This document shows positions 54,086-63,441 of a stretch of 64,000 bases of DNA, one piece after another. Source of the stretch: Escherichia coli phage NG_A1; the sequence record LC788705.1. One strand, given 5' to 3'. How positions within the stretch are numbered: position 1 is the first letter of the stretch; every line of letters starts with the position of its first letter. Position numbers and translations under genes: made by a program. The notes below the pieces were generated by a model. The model searched no databases. It saw only the letters and a list, made by a program, of their open reading frames with translations, and was not told where the DNA came from.

Positions 54086-54377
54086 GTTTATTATTGCACT
54101 GATGATCTCCGCAGTTAGTTTCGGTTCTCTGGCATCTACCAAAGTTTCTATGAAAAATGGTAATGTTAAAGTCCAACAGAACGGCATTATTACCGAGTAT
54201 GGTAAAGTTCGTGATGTTAAGGAACGTAATGGTAAAGTAGAAATATATACTAATAAAAACTTCACTACTCCAGCCGTTACTATTAGCAAACGTGGTGAGA
54301 TAACTACTCAACGTACTAATAGCTCTAGTTCTTTTACTTGTCGTTATGATTGCGACTTTGAAGGTGAAGATGAATAA
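54072..54377 (+). CDS. Secreted small protein (signal peptide)
   Basis: N-terminal hydrophobic signal (MKMNKFIIALMISAVSFGSLA); ends in CDFEGEDE. Confidence 0.5.
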   Translation: MKMNKFIIALMISAVSFGSLASTKVSMKNGNVKVQQNGIITEYGKVRDVKERNGKVEIYTNKNFTTPAVTISKRGEITTQRTNSSSSFTCRYDCDFEGEDE

Positions 54378-54789
54378 TTTAGATCCTAGAATTAATTTTG
54401 CTATTACAGAAATCCAAGATCAAATTGATGAGGACTTCACTGTTTGGTCAAGGTCTGGCAATGGAGAGTATTGCCAGCTTTATAGCATGAAAATGGGTAT
54501 CTCAATTGAGCTTAATATCAACTCTGAAGGTAGAGTAGAAGCCCAGCCCATGTTCAGTGTTCCAGGCTTCTCTGGATTTGTTGCAGGTATAAAATTGTGT
54601 CTACCAAATAACCATCTTCATCGAGTTATTTGTCAGCTAGTGACTATTAAGCATTTCTTGCCAGAAGGTAATATTAATGACTACTACCACGAAGTTGTAG
54701 CAGCTCATATGATGAAAGAACGCAAACGTCGGAGAGAAGAACGTGAAAAGACTAAACATCAACAGCACAGTGCAGATTCCAGCAACTAA
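54370..54789 (+). CDS. Hypothetical protein
   Basis: About 139 aa from ATG 54370 embedded in the repeated GAAGATGAATAA junction. Confidence 0.45.
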   Translation: MNNLDPRINFAITEIQDQIDEDFTVWSRSGNGEYCQLYSMKMGISIELNINSEGRVEAQPMFSVPGFSGFVAGIKLCLPNNHLHRVICQLVTIKHFLPEGNINDYYHEVVAAHMMKERKRRREEREKTKHQQHSADSSN

Positions 54790-55039
54790 GGATGTTTTAA
54801 TATTCCTACGTAGTGAGAATACCCAGTTTTGGCATGACTATATTCAGGAAAATAAAAATAATCCAGACATAGTTGCTTTTGCCAAGAAACGTATTGGTGA
54901 ATATAAAGATCCAGAGATTAAAGATGGGATGATTACCATGCAGTTATGGATAGCTATGAAAACCTTTGGACCCACTATGAGTCTAGGATTTACTCCGCTG
55001 TTTACTAATATTCTAATTAATGAAAAGGATCTGAAATGA
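54743..55039 (+). CDS. Hypothetical protein (start uncertain)
   Basis: 98-aa ORF with GTG start overlapping the previous gene. Confidence 0.35.
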   Translation: MKRLNINSTVQIPATKDVLIFLRSENTQFWHDYIQENKNNPDIVAFAKKRIGEYKDPEIKDGMITMQLWIAMKTFGPTMSLGFTPLFTNILINEKDLK

Positions 55040-55287
55040 TTATCTCTCCATTTGCTCTTTGGTTCATCATTGGATCTGTAGTTGCTATTTACAGCTTGGT
55101 TGATGATCTGTATATTTCTAAGAATAAAGATGTAATATTATACGTTATACATAAAACTCGACCGTTAGATCTGCCACCTCTTGATGATAAAACATTACTC
55201 AGATGTGCTAGATCTGTGATATTTATTGTGGATATTCTTCTAGGCCCAACATCTGTGTTTTTCTTTATAGAAAAACTCGTAATATGA
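55036..55287 (+). CDS. Small membrane protein
   Basis: 83 aa with N-terminal TM helix. Confidence 0.45.
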   Translation: MIISPFALWFIIGSVVAIYSLVDDLYISKNKDVILYVIHKTRPLDLPPLDDKTLLRCARSVIFIVDILLGPTSVFFFIEKLVI

Positions 55288-55429
55288 AAAAATTTAAAGC
55301 TGAAATGCAGAATACTTAAAGAACTCGCGTAGGACCGAGTTGCGTCACCTGCAACTGTTACGGATAAGGGAGTCGTGCCCCTTAGTGCGGTAAGTGGTGA
55401 GGTGGCTGCTAGCCCTAACTGGAGATAAT

Positions 55430-55774
55430 ATGACTATATTACTAATTCTTGTTACAACTTGGTTTTTAATCGGTGCTGGATATGCGATAGCTATTATTAG
55501 ACATTTGGACGAACATTCTGCTGAATGGTTTGTTAAGTATCTACGTATTGATGATCAAGAACAGAAGTTTAAAGATGAAAAGCAGAAAAAAGCAGTAAAT
55601 AATATGACAGCCAAAGAATGCTTGTTCTACATGCGTATTGTAGGGTTCTTTGGACTATTAGTTGCTGGCCCAATTGGTTCTACCATTGCTCCATATAAAG
55701 AAACAGTTGCTGACATCAAATTGTGGAGAAATGCAGGGGTACTACGCAAAGCTAGAGAAACTAATATTACATAA
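55430..55774 (+). CDS. Small membrane protein (two predicted TM helices)
   Basis: ATG 55430 after GGAG; TM segments ILLILVTTWFLIGAGYAIAII and VGFFGLLVAGPIGSTIA. Confidence 0.45.
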   Translation: MTILLILVTTWFLIGAGYAIAIIRHLDEHSAEWFVKYLRIDDQEQKFKDEKQKKAVNNMTAKECLFYMRIVGFFGLLVAGPIGSTIAPYKETVADIKLWRNAGVLRKARETNIT

Positions 55775-55821
55775 GATTGACACTAAGTCAGCTTACTAGC
55801 AAAAGCAAATAATGACAAAGC

Positions 55822-55856
55822 CCAGCCTGCACTTTTGCGACTGGGCTATTTTTATA
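55822..55856 (+). terminator. Rho-independent terminator
   Basis: GCCCAG...CTGGGC stem followed by TATTTTT. Confidence 0.7.
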
Positions 55857-55868
55857 ATAAAATTTTAG

Positions 55869-55897
55869 TTGCTTAGATGCCCAAACTTTTGTATAAT
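55869..55897 (+). promoter_or_regulatory. Early promoter
   Basis: TTGCTT-N17-TATAAT. Confidence 0.65.
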
Positions 55898-55928
55898 ATG
55901 TTTATAGATTGAGGCAAGAGGATTAAAT

Positions 55929-56627
55929 ATGAGGATTATTTCTAAGTTCGCCGATGTGTATGATTTGCAGAACAGTTTGTTCGACCCAGATCGTGTGTGG
56001 GAACGTAAAACCGAGGAGTTGCTGGTTAAAGTAACCGATGATGCAGAAAAGAACATTGTGCATACTCGCCAGGTATTTCGTGATGGTTCGCTATCTTTCC
56101 GTGGTGATTTCGAATACTTTGTAAACCCACTATTTGTTGCGGGTGAAGTTTACTGGTTACACGAGCTGTACTGCTGGCATCCAACATTTAGCTTCAAAAC
56201 GTTCGACCTCGACACTATGTTCGATAAAATGGAAGAGATGGGATTGCATGCTCGCTCTTACTTAATGGATAAGAGTCGTGGAGATGTTCGTGAAACAATG
56301 CGTGATCTGCTCGCTGAAGCAAAACCTAAAGCAGAACGTATCTTATCCGAACTGCGTGTACCGATTGCATATGTGAAAGGTATTAAAAAGAACGATAACG
56401 ATGATGTTCGTAACTTCGTAATTCAGACTAACATTCGTTTCCATCAGTCCGGTATTCCGTGGCAGGAAATTGAAAGTAACTTATACCGTTTACACCAAGT
56501 TCTCGAACAGTATATCTTCGGTGTACTAGGAACTGGTGAGCCTGATATGATTAAAGTATCAGATAAAGACAGGTTAGCAGCGCATGGATTTGATACAAAA
56601 ACTTCTTTCAGGAATATGGCACGGTAA
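55929..56627 (+). CDS. Hypothetical protein
   Basis: 232-aa ORF with GAGGA RBS. Confidence 0.5.
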   Translation: MRIISKFADVYDLQNSLFDPDRVWERKTEELLVKVTDDAEKNIVHTRQVFRDGSLSFRGDFEYFVNPLFVAGEVYWLHELYCWHPTFSFKTFDLDTMFDKMEEMGLHARSYLMDKSRGDVRETMRDLLAEAKPKAERILSELRVPIAYVKGIKKNDNDDVRNFVIQTNIRFHQSGIPWQEIESNLYRLHQVLEQYIFGVLGTGEPDMIKVSDKDRLAAHGFDTKTSFRNMAR

Positions 56628-57033
56628 GTGGTATATCCTGGGAGCAGGTCTAGCGATAGGCATCGGGTTCGGTGCTTATCACTTAGTAGATAAAGTGGAG
56701 ACTTTAGCAGGAGATCTTGCGGTAGCTACTAAAAAGATTTCTTCTCTAGAGACTTCCCTCAATAAGGTGAAAGGTGAAAGCGAACTTCGTGAGACTAGAA
56801 TGAATCAGTATTTCACAATGAATAATATTTCGCAAGCAGATCTAGACAAAAAGATTAAGCAGTTAGACAAAGCTCTTAGTCGCCAAGATATTATAGCTGC
56901 AAAGCCTGGATTGGTAACATTAATTGCTAAAAAGCAGAGTAAAGAGTTCGAGGAAAGATTAGCATGTTTAACTGGAAACTTGGAATACTGCTCGCAGCCG
57001 CAATCACAATCACAGGCTGTGCAGAAGAAATAA
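56584..57033 (+). CDS. Putative i-spanin (inner-membrane anchored coiled-coil protein)
   Basis: N-terminal TM helix (WYILGAGLAIGIGFGAY) followed by coiled-coil periplasmic domain; gene overlaps a lipoprotein gene. Confidence 0.5.
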   Translation: MDLIQKLLSGIWHGKWYILGAGLAIGIGFGAYHLVDKVETLAGDLAVATKKISSLETSLNKVKGESELRETRMNQYFTMNNISQADLDKKIKQLDKALSRQDIIAAKPGLVTLIAKKQSKEFEERLACLTGNLEYCSQPQSQSQAVQKK

Positions 57034-57317
57034 AACCAGAGCCATCTCATGAGTTAAAGCAAGCTCATGTAGACTGGCCTAAAGGACTTCAACCTTGTAG
57101 CTTTGACTTTAAGTTTGAAAAGAAAGTAGCTACAAATGGAGAAGATGGCGTAGTAGTTGTTGTACCATATAAAGATTGGAATATGTTGGCAAAATGCCGT
57201 GAGGCAGAATATTCATATATTTCACGACTGACAAGTATGGTTTGCTTCTATCGCCAAGATTTACAAGAAAAACGTTGCTTAGTTTACTATCCACCCATTA
57301 CAAATAGGAAAGATTAA
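56964..57317 (+). CDS. Putative o-spanin (outer-membrane lipoprotein)
   Basis: Signal peptide with lipobox (LLAAAITITGC), several periplasmic Cys; starts inside the 3' end of the i-spanin-like gene in another frame. Confidence 0.5.
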   Translation: MFNWKLGILLAAAITITGCAEEIKPEPSHELKQAHVDWPKGLQPCSFDFKFEKKVATNGEDGVVVVVPYKDWNMLAKCREAEYSYISRLTSMVCFYRQDLQEKRCLVYYPPITNRKD

Positions 57318-58069
57318 TGTCAGTATTAGTCGGTTTACATGGTGAAGCTGGTTCGGGAAAAGATACCGTTGCAAAATTAATTATCGATTGGTGTAATGAC
57401 ACGTATCCAACGTGTTTACCCCGTCGTTATAGTTTTGCTAAGCCCGTTTATGAACTTGCATCCGTAATCCTCGGTGTAACTCCGGAGTTTCTAGGAGAGC
57501 GCAGGGGAAAAGAGGTTGACCAATGGTTTACGGTCACACAATCTCAATTGGAGCGAGCCAGAGATGTGTGGTTTAAGTATGGTATCGATAAGTTTGAAGA
57601 CTTCTCGTACGTTTGGCCTATTTTTGAGGAAAAATATCTTAATCCTCAACAACTTATCTCAGAGAGTAAAAAAGACGGACTTTATAGTTTATTTATTTCT
57701 CCGAGAAAAATGTTACAGCTCGTAGGGACAGAGCTAGGAAGGCAGCTGGTGCATGAACGCATTTGGCTCATAATTCTGGAGCAATCCATCGCTAAAGACG
57801 ACCCAGATGTCGCCGTAATAACAGATGTTAGATTCCCCAATGAAGGAGAGTTACTCAGAGAAACAAACCATTTAGATATGGATTCTTTGATAGTAAATGT
57901 AGTACCCGCTGAGCAGAAGTTCACTATTAAATCAGATCATCCATCTGAAAGTGGTATTCCTGCAAAATATATTACTCACGAATTAGTTAATAAATTCGAT
58001 GGTATCAATAACCTTAAACTAGAAGTTTATAACTTCTGTGACTTAGAGCTAGAACCACTAGTTGGATAA
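57317..58069 (+). CDS. Deoxynucleoside monophosphate kinase-like P-loop kinase
   Basis: P-loop GLHGEAGSGKDT; 250 aa. Confidence 0.65.
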   Translation: MSVLVGLHGEAGSGKDTVAKLIIDWCNDTYPTCLPRRYSFAKPVYELASVILGVTPEFLGERRGKEVDQWFTVTQSQLERARDVWFKYGIDKFEDFSYVWPIFEEKYLNPQQLISESKKDGLYSLFISPRKMLQLVGTELGRQLVHERIWLIILEQSIAKDDPDVAVITDVRFPNEGELLRETNHLDMDSLIVNVVPAEQKFTIKSDHPSESGIPAKYITHELVNKFDGINNLKLEVYNFCDLELEPLVG

Positions 58070-58081
58070 TCAAGGATCACT

Positions 58082-58681
58082 ATGACTAATAAAAAAGAAG
58101 AAAAGACTAACCTGTTTCACTCCATTCGCCAATCTAATGAGTATACCTTTTTCTTTGATGAAGAATTAGGCCCGCCGGATGAATACCGTGATTTATCAAT
58201 GGTACTTATGCAAGCAAATGAGGACGACGAAATTAATCTGATGATTAATGGCCCTGGTGGTTATGTTGATACTGCTGCACAGTTATCTAACTTAATTGCT
58301 AATTGCCGTGGAACAGTTATAGGACATCTGGTTGGTCCTAGTGCTTCTGCTTACTGCACAATTTTCCTATCCTGTCATGGGTGGGTAGTACATCCACATG
58401 CTACGCTAATGGGACACACGTTCTCTGGCGGATTCTGTGAGAAGGGTCAAGAAATCAAGAAAGCCTATGAATCTTACAACAAGTTCGTAGAAGATATGAT
58501 GCTAGATGTCTACTATCCGTTTTTCTCAATAGACGAAATCGATGAGATGGTAAAAGACAACAAAAATATCTATCTAGATAGCAAAGAAATCCATAAGCGT
58601 ATTGAAATCTTGGCAAAATATCGATCTGAGCAGTATAATAAAGCCCAGTTACCTCAATCAGAGGAGCATAAAGAAGAGTAA
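58082..58681 (+). CDS. ClpP-like serine protease
   Basis: ClpP-type motif LMINGPGGYVDTAAQL with downstream Ser and His candidates. Confidence 0.55.
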   Translation: MTNKKEEKTNLFHSIRQSNEYTFFFDEELGPPDEYRDLSMVLMQANEDDEINLMINGPGGYVDTAAQLSNLIANCRGTVIGHLVGPSASAYCTIFLSCHGWVVHPHATLMGHTFSGGFCEKGQEIKKAYESYNKFVEDMMLDVYYPFFSIDEIDEMVKDNKNIYLDSKEIHKRIEILAKYRSEQYNKAQLPQSEEHKEE

Positions 58682-58684
58682 GTA

Positions 58685-58712
58685 GTTTTAAGCCAGGGTT
58701 TAACGACCCTGG
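58685..58712 (+). terminator. Rho-independent terminator
   Basis: GCCAGGG...CCCTGGC stem followed by TTTTCTTTT. Confidence 0.75.
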
Positions 58713-58784
58713 CTTTTCTTTTATCTAAAATTCTTCTTGACAACGACAAAATTTTGTGCTCCAAAGAAAATCTTTAAAAACACA

Positions 58785-58813
58785 TTGTAATTTTCCTCCA
58801 AAATTAGTATAAT
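58785..58813 (+). promoter_or_regulatory. Promoter of lysis cassette
   Basis: TTGTAA-N17-TATAAT; weaker -35 than the early promoters. Confidence 0.5.
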
Positions 58814-58837
58814 GGTACTGGTTAGAGGAGGTTACAA

Positions 58838-59494
58838 TTGGAAAAGTTCTTACAATTATTAACGGTACTGCTCCAAGAAGCGAAAGATCCAGCATCGCTT
58901 CTTAAACGTCTGCTAACTATCTTAGTTGCTGTCATTATTTTCTTATTTGTTAGTAATACTAGCGAGGTGATGTCATTCTTAAAGACTTTCTCCACGTCTG
59001 CGGTTCTACAGGATGTTCAAACTCAAAGGATAGATAACTTTCCTAATGTAGCTAGAGAAAAGAGCATGGTACTCTTTTCTCAAACGGGTGCGGATGCTGT
59101 TTTTGTAGTCAAGTATAAACCCGATGCCATTAATGATTATTCTAACATTATTGCATGGGAAAGCAATGCGCAATTAGATAGGGCTGACTTGGCCGATAAA
59201 GCAGTAAATAAAACGTCTGAGCTATACAGACGTCACTTAGAGGGCTTTAACTACGCATCGGATTTAAGTGTAAGAGTAAATAAATATACGGGGTTAAATA
59301 TACCTGCGTTTAAGAACGTTACTTTTAATTACATATACACTTGTCCATATTTCAATCTAAACAATATCTATGCTGGATATATTGGTATTGCTTGGAAAGA
59401 TAATCCTGTAGATGCAGCCGATTCTGAGAAATTTAAGGAATATTTAACAAAGCTCTGTTCCCCACAACAGAGATCTTTAGGTAGATCAATATGA
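58838..59494 (+). CDS. Putative holin (single N-terminal TM)
   Basis: 218 aa, TTG start 6 nt after GAGGAGG; TM helix LTILVAVIIFLFV; immediately upstream of and overlapping the endolysin gene. Confidence 0.55.
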   Translation: MEKFLQLLTVLLQEAKDPASLLKRLLTILVAVIIFLFVSNTSEVMSFLKTFSTSAVLQDVQTQRIDNFPNVAREKSMVLFSQTGADAVFVVKYKPDAINDYSNIIAWESNAQLDRADLADKAVNKTSELYRRHLEGFNYASDLSVRVNKYTGLNIPAFKNVTFNYIYTCPYFNLNNIYAGYIGIAWKDNPVDAADSEKFKEYLTKLCSPQQRSLGRSI

Positions 59495-59904
59495 GTTTTA
59501 AATTTGGTAAAAATAGCGAAAAACAATTAGCTACCGTTAAGCCAGAGCTACAAAAAGTAGCTCGTAGAGCTTTAGAATTATCTCCATATGATTTCACGAT
59601 CGTACAGGGTATTCGTACAGTAGCACAAAGTGCCCAGAATATTGCTAATGGTACTTCATTTTTAAAAGATCCTAGTAAAAGCAAGCATATTACTGGGGAT
59701 GCCCTTGATTTTGCTCCATACATTAATGGCAAAATTGATTGGAATGATTTAGAAGCATTTTGGGCAGTTAAAAAGGCTTTTGAACAAGCGGGTAAAGAAC
59801 TAGGCATTAAACTTCGTTTTGGTGCTGATTGGAATGCTTCGGGAGATTATCACGACGAAATAAAACGTGGTACCTATGATGGCGGTCATGTCGAACTAGT
59901 TTAA
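59491..59904 (+). CDS. Endolysin, L-alanyl-D-glutamate peptidase type
   Basis: 137 aa; VanY/peptidase M15-like metal-binding pattern (H...D...H: KHITGDALDF...GGHVEL). Confidence 0.8.
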   Translation: MSFKFGKNSEKQLATVKPELQKVARRALELSPYDFTIVQGIRTVAQSAQNIANGTSFLKDPSKSKHITGDALDFAPYINGKIDWNDLEAFWAVKKAFEQAGKELGIKLRFGADWNASGDYHDEIKRGTYDGGHVELV

Positions 59905-59981
59905 TTAATAACTGAGGCGGGAATATTCCCGCCTTTTTAGGCAAAGGGGGCTTTAATAATTTTTGAAGATAGGAGAAAGCC

Positions 59982-60398
59982 ATGTTTGCAGAACTATTCA
60001 CTATGATGCTGCTAGGTATCTGGAAAATAAGTCTAGTAGTATTCGTTTTAATGATAGTCTTTACTATCATTGCATTAACTACCCGAAATAGCTTATTAAT
60101 AAAGGTTATTCACGGACTAGAGTATATAATTATGGGTTCATTCGGCGTTTGTAAATGCAATTGCCATAGAGATACGAAATATTGTTGGTTATGGATGGAA
60201 CTAGAGAATCCTATATCCATAGCTTTGGCTGTTTCATTCGGTATGATTCTTATGGCCCTTACTCTAGCATTAATACCTTTGATGTTAGCTGGGGGAGTTA
60301 CAGCGTATTTCACCCTTTTCTCCCCGATACTTATGTACTCAATTTACCCAATAACTATGTATCTAGTTAGGAAAAAATTTATACATACAGTAGATTAA
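59982..60398 (+). CDS. Polytopic membrane protein (possible lysis regulator)
   Basis: 138 aa with about four hydrophobic helices; AGGAGAAAGCC RBS. Confidence 0.45.
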   Translation: MFAELFTMMLLGIWKISLVVFVLMIVFTIIALTTRNSLLIKVIHGLEYIIMGSFGVCKCNCHRDTKYCWLWMELENPISIALAVSFGMILMALTLALIPLMLAGGVTAYFTLFSPILMYSIYPITMYLVRKKFIHTVD

Positions 60399-60411
60399 GA
60401 TAAAAAAGTAG

Positions 60412-60440
60412 TTGACTTTTAGCCCTAGTTATTATATAAT
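60412..60440 (+). promoter_or_regulatory. Early promoter
   Basis: TTGACT-N17-TATAAT. Confidence 0.65.
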
Positions 60441-60473
60441 ATATACATAAATTAGTTAAGAGAGGTATATATT

Positions 60474-60905
60474 ATGTCTGATCGTTTCTATACTCAAATG
60501 GCGGAACATTTTCGTATACCACATTACGAGCTAAACATTGCACTCCGTGATCATGACTCTCCTGAGTACAAAAAGCTCGAAAAGAAAGCGGAAAAATCTA
60601 TTGATACAAAGGTAGGTGCATCTATGTCTAAGGGCAAAAAGTTAACTCGTCTTGATCTTAATAAAATTTTAACTGAACTTTTGGGTACTGATATTGAAGG
60701 TGCTAAATTACCGCTTCTTGTACTAGAGACTATGATTAAAAAGGTCAAAAATAAAGAATATAAGAAGGTAGAAGTCCCGGAAGGCAGATTAAAAGCTCCT
60801 TATCAGGAAGCATTAACCGAGTGTTTGGGTGTAAATCTTGATCTAAGCACCGCAACCGTAAAAACTATGAAAAACTTCTTAGAGGCCATTAATAACTATG
60901 AGTAA
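60474..60905 (+). CDS. Hypothetical protein
   Basis: 143-aa ORF with GAGAGG RBS. Confidence 0.5.
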   Translation: MSDRFYTQMAEHFRIPHYELNIALRDHDSPEYKKLEKKAEKSIDTKVGASMSKGKKLTRLDLNKILTELLGTDIEGAKLPLLVLETMIKKVKNKEYKKVEVPEGRLKAPYQEALTECLGVNLDLSTATVKTMKNFLEAINNYE

Positions 60906-61188
60906 ATTAGTATATCTATTGAAAGGTTCCACTTGCAATCCTTGCAAAATGTTTGAGCCAGTATTTGATAAAGTAGTCAATGACTATAATTTGGAAATCC
61001 ATAAAGAGACTGATAATACAGAATTAATGCAGAAATTTGGTGTGCGCCAAGTTCCTGTAGTAGTTCTGGCAGATCGCTTACCTAATGGTCGAGTAGAAGC
61101 TAATCATATTCTGATTGGACGTCAGCTTCGTAAAGAAACTATGCACGAAGCTATTAAAAATTTCCTGGATGATAATCCAGAGGACTAA
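60898..61188 (+). CDS. Thioredoxin/glutaredoxin-like protein
   Basis: CxxC redox motif (STCNPCKMFEPVF) in a 96-aa thioredoxin-fold-sized protein. Confidence 0.55.
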   Translation: MSKLVYLLKGSTCNPCKMFEPVFDKVVNDYNLEIHKETDNTELMQKFGVRQVPVVVLADRLPNGRVEANHILIGRQLRKETMHEAIKNFLDDNPED

Positions 61189-61192
61189 TAAA

Positions 61193-61226
61193 CAAAGCCT
61201 GATCTTAGCGGATCAGGCTTTTATTT
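61193..61226 (+). terminator. Rho-independent terminator
   Basis: GCCTGATC...GATCAGGC stem followed by TTTTATTTT. Confidence 0.75.
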
Positions 61227-61229
61227 TAC

Positions 61230-61258
61230 TTGCTTTTTGCTAAAAATTTTGGTATAAT
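61230..61258 (+). promoter_or_regulatory. Early promoter
   Basis: TTGCTT-N17-TATAAT. Confidence 0.65.
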
Positions 61259-61285
61259 ATTTATATAAATTGATCGGAGGATTAA

Positions 61286-61531
61286 ATGTTAGCGGAACAG
61301 GCAAAACGTTTAGCCAGAATAAATAGAGCTGCACTTCTTAAAAGCAGAAAGAAACAATATAAGTATGTTAAAAAGAGAATAGTTTCTTCTGTGGGGATTG
61401 GAGGTTCTTTTGTACAGTTTAATCGTGATGAAATTGGTTATGAAGCTATAAAAGCCCTCTATAAAGAGGGTTATACCCTCCAACTATCTAATGATTATGG
61501 CACAACTATTTTAACTGTTATTTGGGAATAA
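61286..61531 (+). CDS. Hypothetical protein
   Basis: 81-aa ORF with GGAGG RBS. Confidence 0.5.
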   Translation: MLAEQAKRLARINRAALLKSRKKQYKYVKKRIVSSVGIGGSFVQFNRDEIGYEAIKALYKEGYTLQLSNDYGTTILTVIWE

Positions 61532-61533
61532 TT

Positions 61534-62397
61534 ATGAAAAAAGAATTTAATGTACATAAAACTCTAGTAGTGCCGGATGATGCCAACTTGTTTTTCGTTG
61601 GTGATATTCATGGGTGCAACGATTTGCTAGAAGATGCGTTAAAATTAGCTGGGTATAATAGCAAAAAAGATTGCGTAGTATGTGTTGGTGACTTAATTGA
61701 CCGAGGCACACAAAACTTACAAGTTTTAGCCAAATTCCTGTATAATCCACGCTTTATCAGTGTCCGTGGCAATCATGACCAATTTATGATTGTGGGAGAT
61801 TGGGCTAACTGGATGTATAATGGTGGTATGTGGGCCATGAATGAACTAGATGCTGACACCATTAAAAATATTGCCGAAGATATGGCTGAAAAAATGCCAG
61901 TATTCCTAACTGTTAGACATCGTGGTAAGAAGTTTGGTGTTGTTCATGGTGGTATACCTTTTACATACAAAGAATGTGGTAATGAAGTAGAAACCCCAGT
62001 ATGGGATAATCTTATTGCACAAGTAGAAGCAACTAAGGAAGACCCACATGACCATCCGGGATACCATGTTGAACCATATTTATGGGATCGAGATGTAATC
62101 CAAGAAATAGGCTTCTACTTGTCCAAAAATGGTGAGGAACACCCATATTTCCAGCGTTATGCAGGATTTAAAGAAAAATACATGGTAGAAGTGCCTGAAG
62201 TTAAAGGGGTAGATTTCGTGTTTCACGGGCATACTGGGGTCCCTTACCCACTTCTTTATAAAAACCGTGTTTATCTTGATACTGGCGGTGTTTTCAACGG
62301 GCAGTTGACGGTTGCGCAGGTTAATGATGAAACGGGCAAAATCACCACATTTACTACACTCCGGGAAGATAGCTGTGGTGTACAGAGGATTCTTTAA
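61534..62397 (+). CDS. Ser/Thr protein phosphatase (calcineurin-like metallophosphoesterase)
   Basis: GDIHG, GDLIDRG, GNHD motifs. Confidence 0.75.
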   Translation: MKKEFNVHKTLVVPDDANLFFVGDIHGCNDLLEDALKLAGYNSKKDCVVCVGDLIDRGTQNLQVLAKFLYNPRFISVRGNHDQFMIVGDWANWMYNGGMWAMNELDADTIKNIAEDMAEKMPVFLTVRHRGKKFGVVHGGIPFTYKECGNEVETPVWDNLIAQVEATKEDPHDHPGYHVEPYLWDRDVIQEIGFYLSKNGEEHPYFQRYAGFKEKYMVEVPEVKGVDFVFHGHTGVPYPLLYKNRVYLDTGGVFNGQLTVAQVNDETGKITTFTTLREDSCGVQRIL

Positions 62398-62684
62398 TGA
62401 ATGATAGAATGAAAGAAGTACGAGAAGAATTACGAGCAATGCGTATTGATGCCCTTCGTTGGAGGGCATTAGTTAATGCTTTCGTCAAAGGAGATACTGG
62501 GGTAATATATTCTGGGATAGCAGTCAATTTTTGTTTTAATTCTCCTGCTGAAATAGAGATAGAAACAAGGCTTACTACCTACCTTAATGAGGTAGACCTT
62601 AAGGAAGGAGAGACTCCAGAGGAGTTTAAAACTAGAGTATTAACTACCTGGGTTGATAATTTAATACAAAAAAGGAGTAAGTGA
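62397..62684 (+). CDS. Hypothetical protein
   Basis: 95-aa ORF, TAATG-coupled. Confidence 0.45.
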   Translation: MNDRMKEVREELRAMRIDALRWRALVNAFVKGDTGVIYSGIAVNFCFNSPAEIEIETRLTTYLNEVDLKEGETPEEFKTRVLTTWVDNLIQKRSK

Positions 62685-63274
62685 TGAAGGTTAAATTCTG
62701 GTCAGACTTGCACTTAGACCACCCTGGAGCACTACGTTTCCGTCCGTGGTTTAAGAACATGAAAGAGCACGATGAGTATATTCTAGATACTTTGTCCAAG
62801 CATATTGGTAAACGAACAAAACTTATTTTGCTAGGAGATATTGCAGTAGGTCGTGAAGGTCTGGCCAAGTTAAAGTCGGTTATCCACAATGTCCCTAATC
62901 AACTCATTATGGGTAATCATGATGCGGAGCGTCAAGGACTGAGTATTAGGGACTTAGCGGAAGTTTATGACGATATTCAAGCTCTAGGCAAACAGACTGG
63001 AGGTGGCAAAAAGTTTTGGCTATCTCACTGCCCTTTGCATCCCAATGAACTTCGTGGCAAACTAAATATTCACGGACATGTACATACTACTTCTTTACGT
63101 GACCCACGTTATATTAATGTCTCATTTGAAATGAGTAGAACTCCAATTCCACTAGAGGATATTGTGTCTGGTAAGTTTACTAGTTACGATAGAGTGGTTA
63201 ATTGTACTACCGGCGAGGTATTACAAATAGGAGAAGACGTAGCTGCTGTATTGCGTGGCGATATAAATGTCTAA
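62684..63274 (+). CDS. Metallophosphoesterase (second calcineurin-like enzyme)
   Basis: LGDIAVG, GNHD, GHVH motifs; AAGGAG RBS. Confidence 0.7.
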   Translation: MKVKFWSDLHLDHPGALRFRPWFKNMKEHDEYILDTLSKHIGKRTKLILLGDIAVGREGLAKLKSVIHNVPNQLIMGNHDAERQGLSIRDLAEVYDDIQALGKQTGGGKKFWLSHCPLHPNELRGKLNIHGHVHTTSLRDPRYINVSFEMSRTPIPLEDIVSGKFTSYDRVVNCTTGEVLQIGEDVAAVLRGDINV

Positions 63275-63381
63275 GTATATAGCTGAGGTTATTATTAAAC
63301 GAATCATACAGGCGATAGCAATACTTATAATCATTTGTATTGCTGTTGGCACAGGATTAGGCATTTTAATTAAAAGTTTTA

Positions 63382-63410
63382 TTTGCTAAAATGCTTAAGT
63401 TTCTGTATAA
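63382..63410 (+). promoter_or_regulatory. Early promoter
   Basis: TTGCTA-N17-TATAAT. Confidence 0.65.
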
Positions 63411-63441
63411 TTACTGTATAAATTGATGAGAAGGAATCAAA

